Below are positions 63,557-64,000 of a stretch of DNA of 64,000 bases, one piece after another. The position numbers and the translations under genes were made by a program. Source of the stretch: Candidatus Eremiobacteria bacterium (GTDB taxonomy: Bacteria; Vulcanimicrobiota; Vulcanimicrobiia; Vulcanimicrobiales; Vulcanimicrobiaceae); contig CAVTRC010000001.1 of the NCBI GenBank assembly GCA_963737065.1, positions 1,824,001 through 1,888,000 on the forward strand, read 5' to 3'. Each line of letters opens with the position of its first letter. Position 1 is the stretch's first letter. The notes under the pieces are model-generated. The model did no database searches. It was not told the DNA's origin and saw nothing but the letters and a program-made list of their open reading frames with translations.

Positions 63557-64000
63557 TTACGTCATTCGACTCGAGCCGTGAAGCTCGTGTTCGAGCGCCT
63601 GCAGTTCAGCACCGCCGGCCATGAGACGTATCAGGTTCTCCAGCGGAATTTCGGAACGAGCGGCATCGAGTTCCACGCGGCCGAGGGCGAGCACGACGAA
63701 ACGATCGCCCACCAAGTACGCATGGTGTGGGTTGTGGCTAATAAAAATCACGGCCAGTCCTGCGTCGCGCGCGGCAGAGATATATTTCAGGACGACGCCT
63801 GACTGCTTGATGCCGAGCGCCGCCGTCGGCTCATCCAGTATCACAACCCGTGCGCCGAAATAGATCGCTCGCGCAATGGCTATAACTTGCATTTCGCCGC
63901 CGGAGAGTTTGCCGACCGGCGCGTCGATATCCGCGAGATGGATTCCCATCTTCTCGAGTTCCTCGGACGCGATGCGGCGCATTGCCTCGATGTCGAGCCT
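63557..64000 (-). CDS. Sugar ABC transporter ATP-binding protein, 3' part
   Basis: LSGGEMQ, ILDEPTAALG, FISHN; runs off the window. Confidence 0.9.
   Translation of the reverse strand, partial: RLDIEAMRRIASEELEKMGIHLADIDAPVGKLSGGEMQVIAIARAIYFGARVVILDEPTAALGIKQSGVVLKYISAARDAGLAVIFISHNPHHAYLVGDRFVVLALGRVELDAARSEIPLENLIRLMAGGAELQALEHELHGSSRMT

Overview
High-GC bacterial chromosome segment. A Terrabacteria-type soil organism such as Ca. Eremiobacterota is my inference from gene style, not proven. It has three parts. (1) 1-~11750 is a visibly more AT-rich, decaying accessory island: the 3' part of a group II intron sitting in an IS3 relic, then small cofactor/redox genes, a frameshifted PLP decarboxylase, a TPR protein and a MocR regulator, ending in a two-gene deletion scar. 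(2) ~11750-52375 is a core block: meaB, split methylmalonyl-CoA mutase, gltX, glmU, GGDEF, prs-rplY-pth, uvrB, GH38, HAD, uvrA, ligA, nnr, acpS, MCP plus Cache genes, birA, ndk, eno and two tRNAs. (3) A small island follows tRNA-Glu (IS3 relics, PDZ-membrane-GAF protein), then PBP4, DUF885, MFS, a stand-alone infA and an ABC ATPase. The most unusual signals are a ~20-nt REP-like element (CTTCGAC..GCTCAGGAC) present three times and read in frame inside ligA and uvrA, a candidate two-gene split chemoreceptor, two adjacent pseudoenzymes (M48 without HExxH, NAGK without catalytic motifs), a pth gene with no canonical start codon, and a 46-bp MocR-promoter repeat bracketing the left island. No CRISPR array or rRNA seen. 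Family calls come from motif recognition only; no searches were run.
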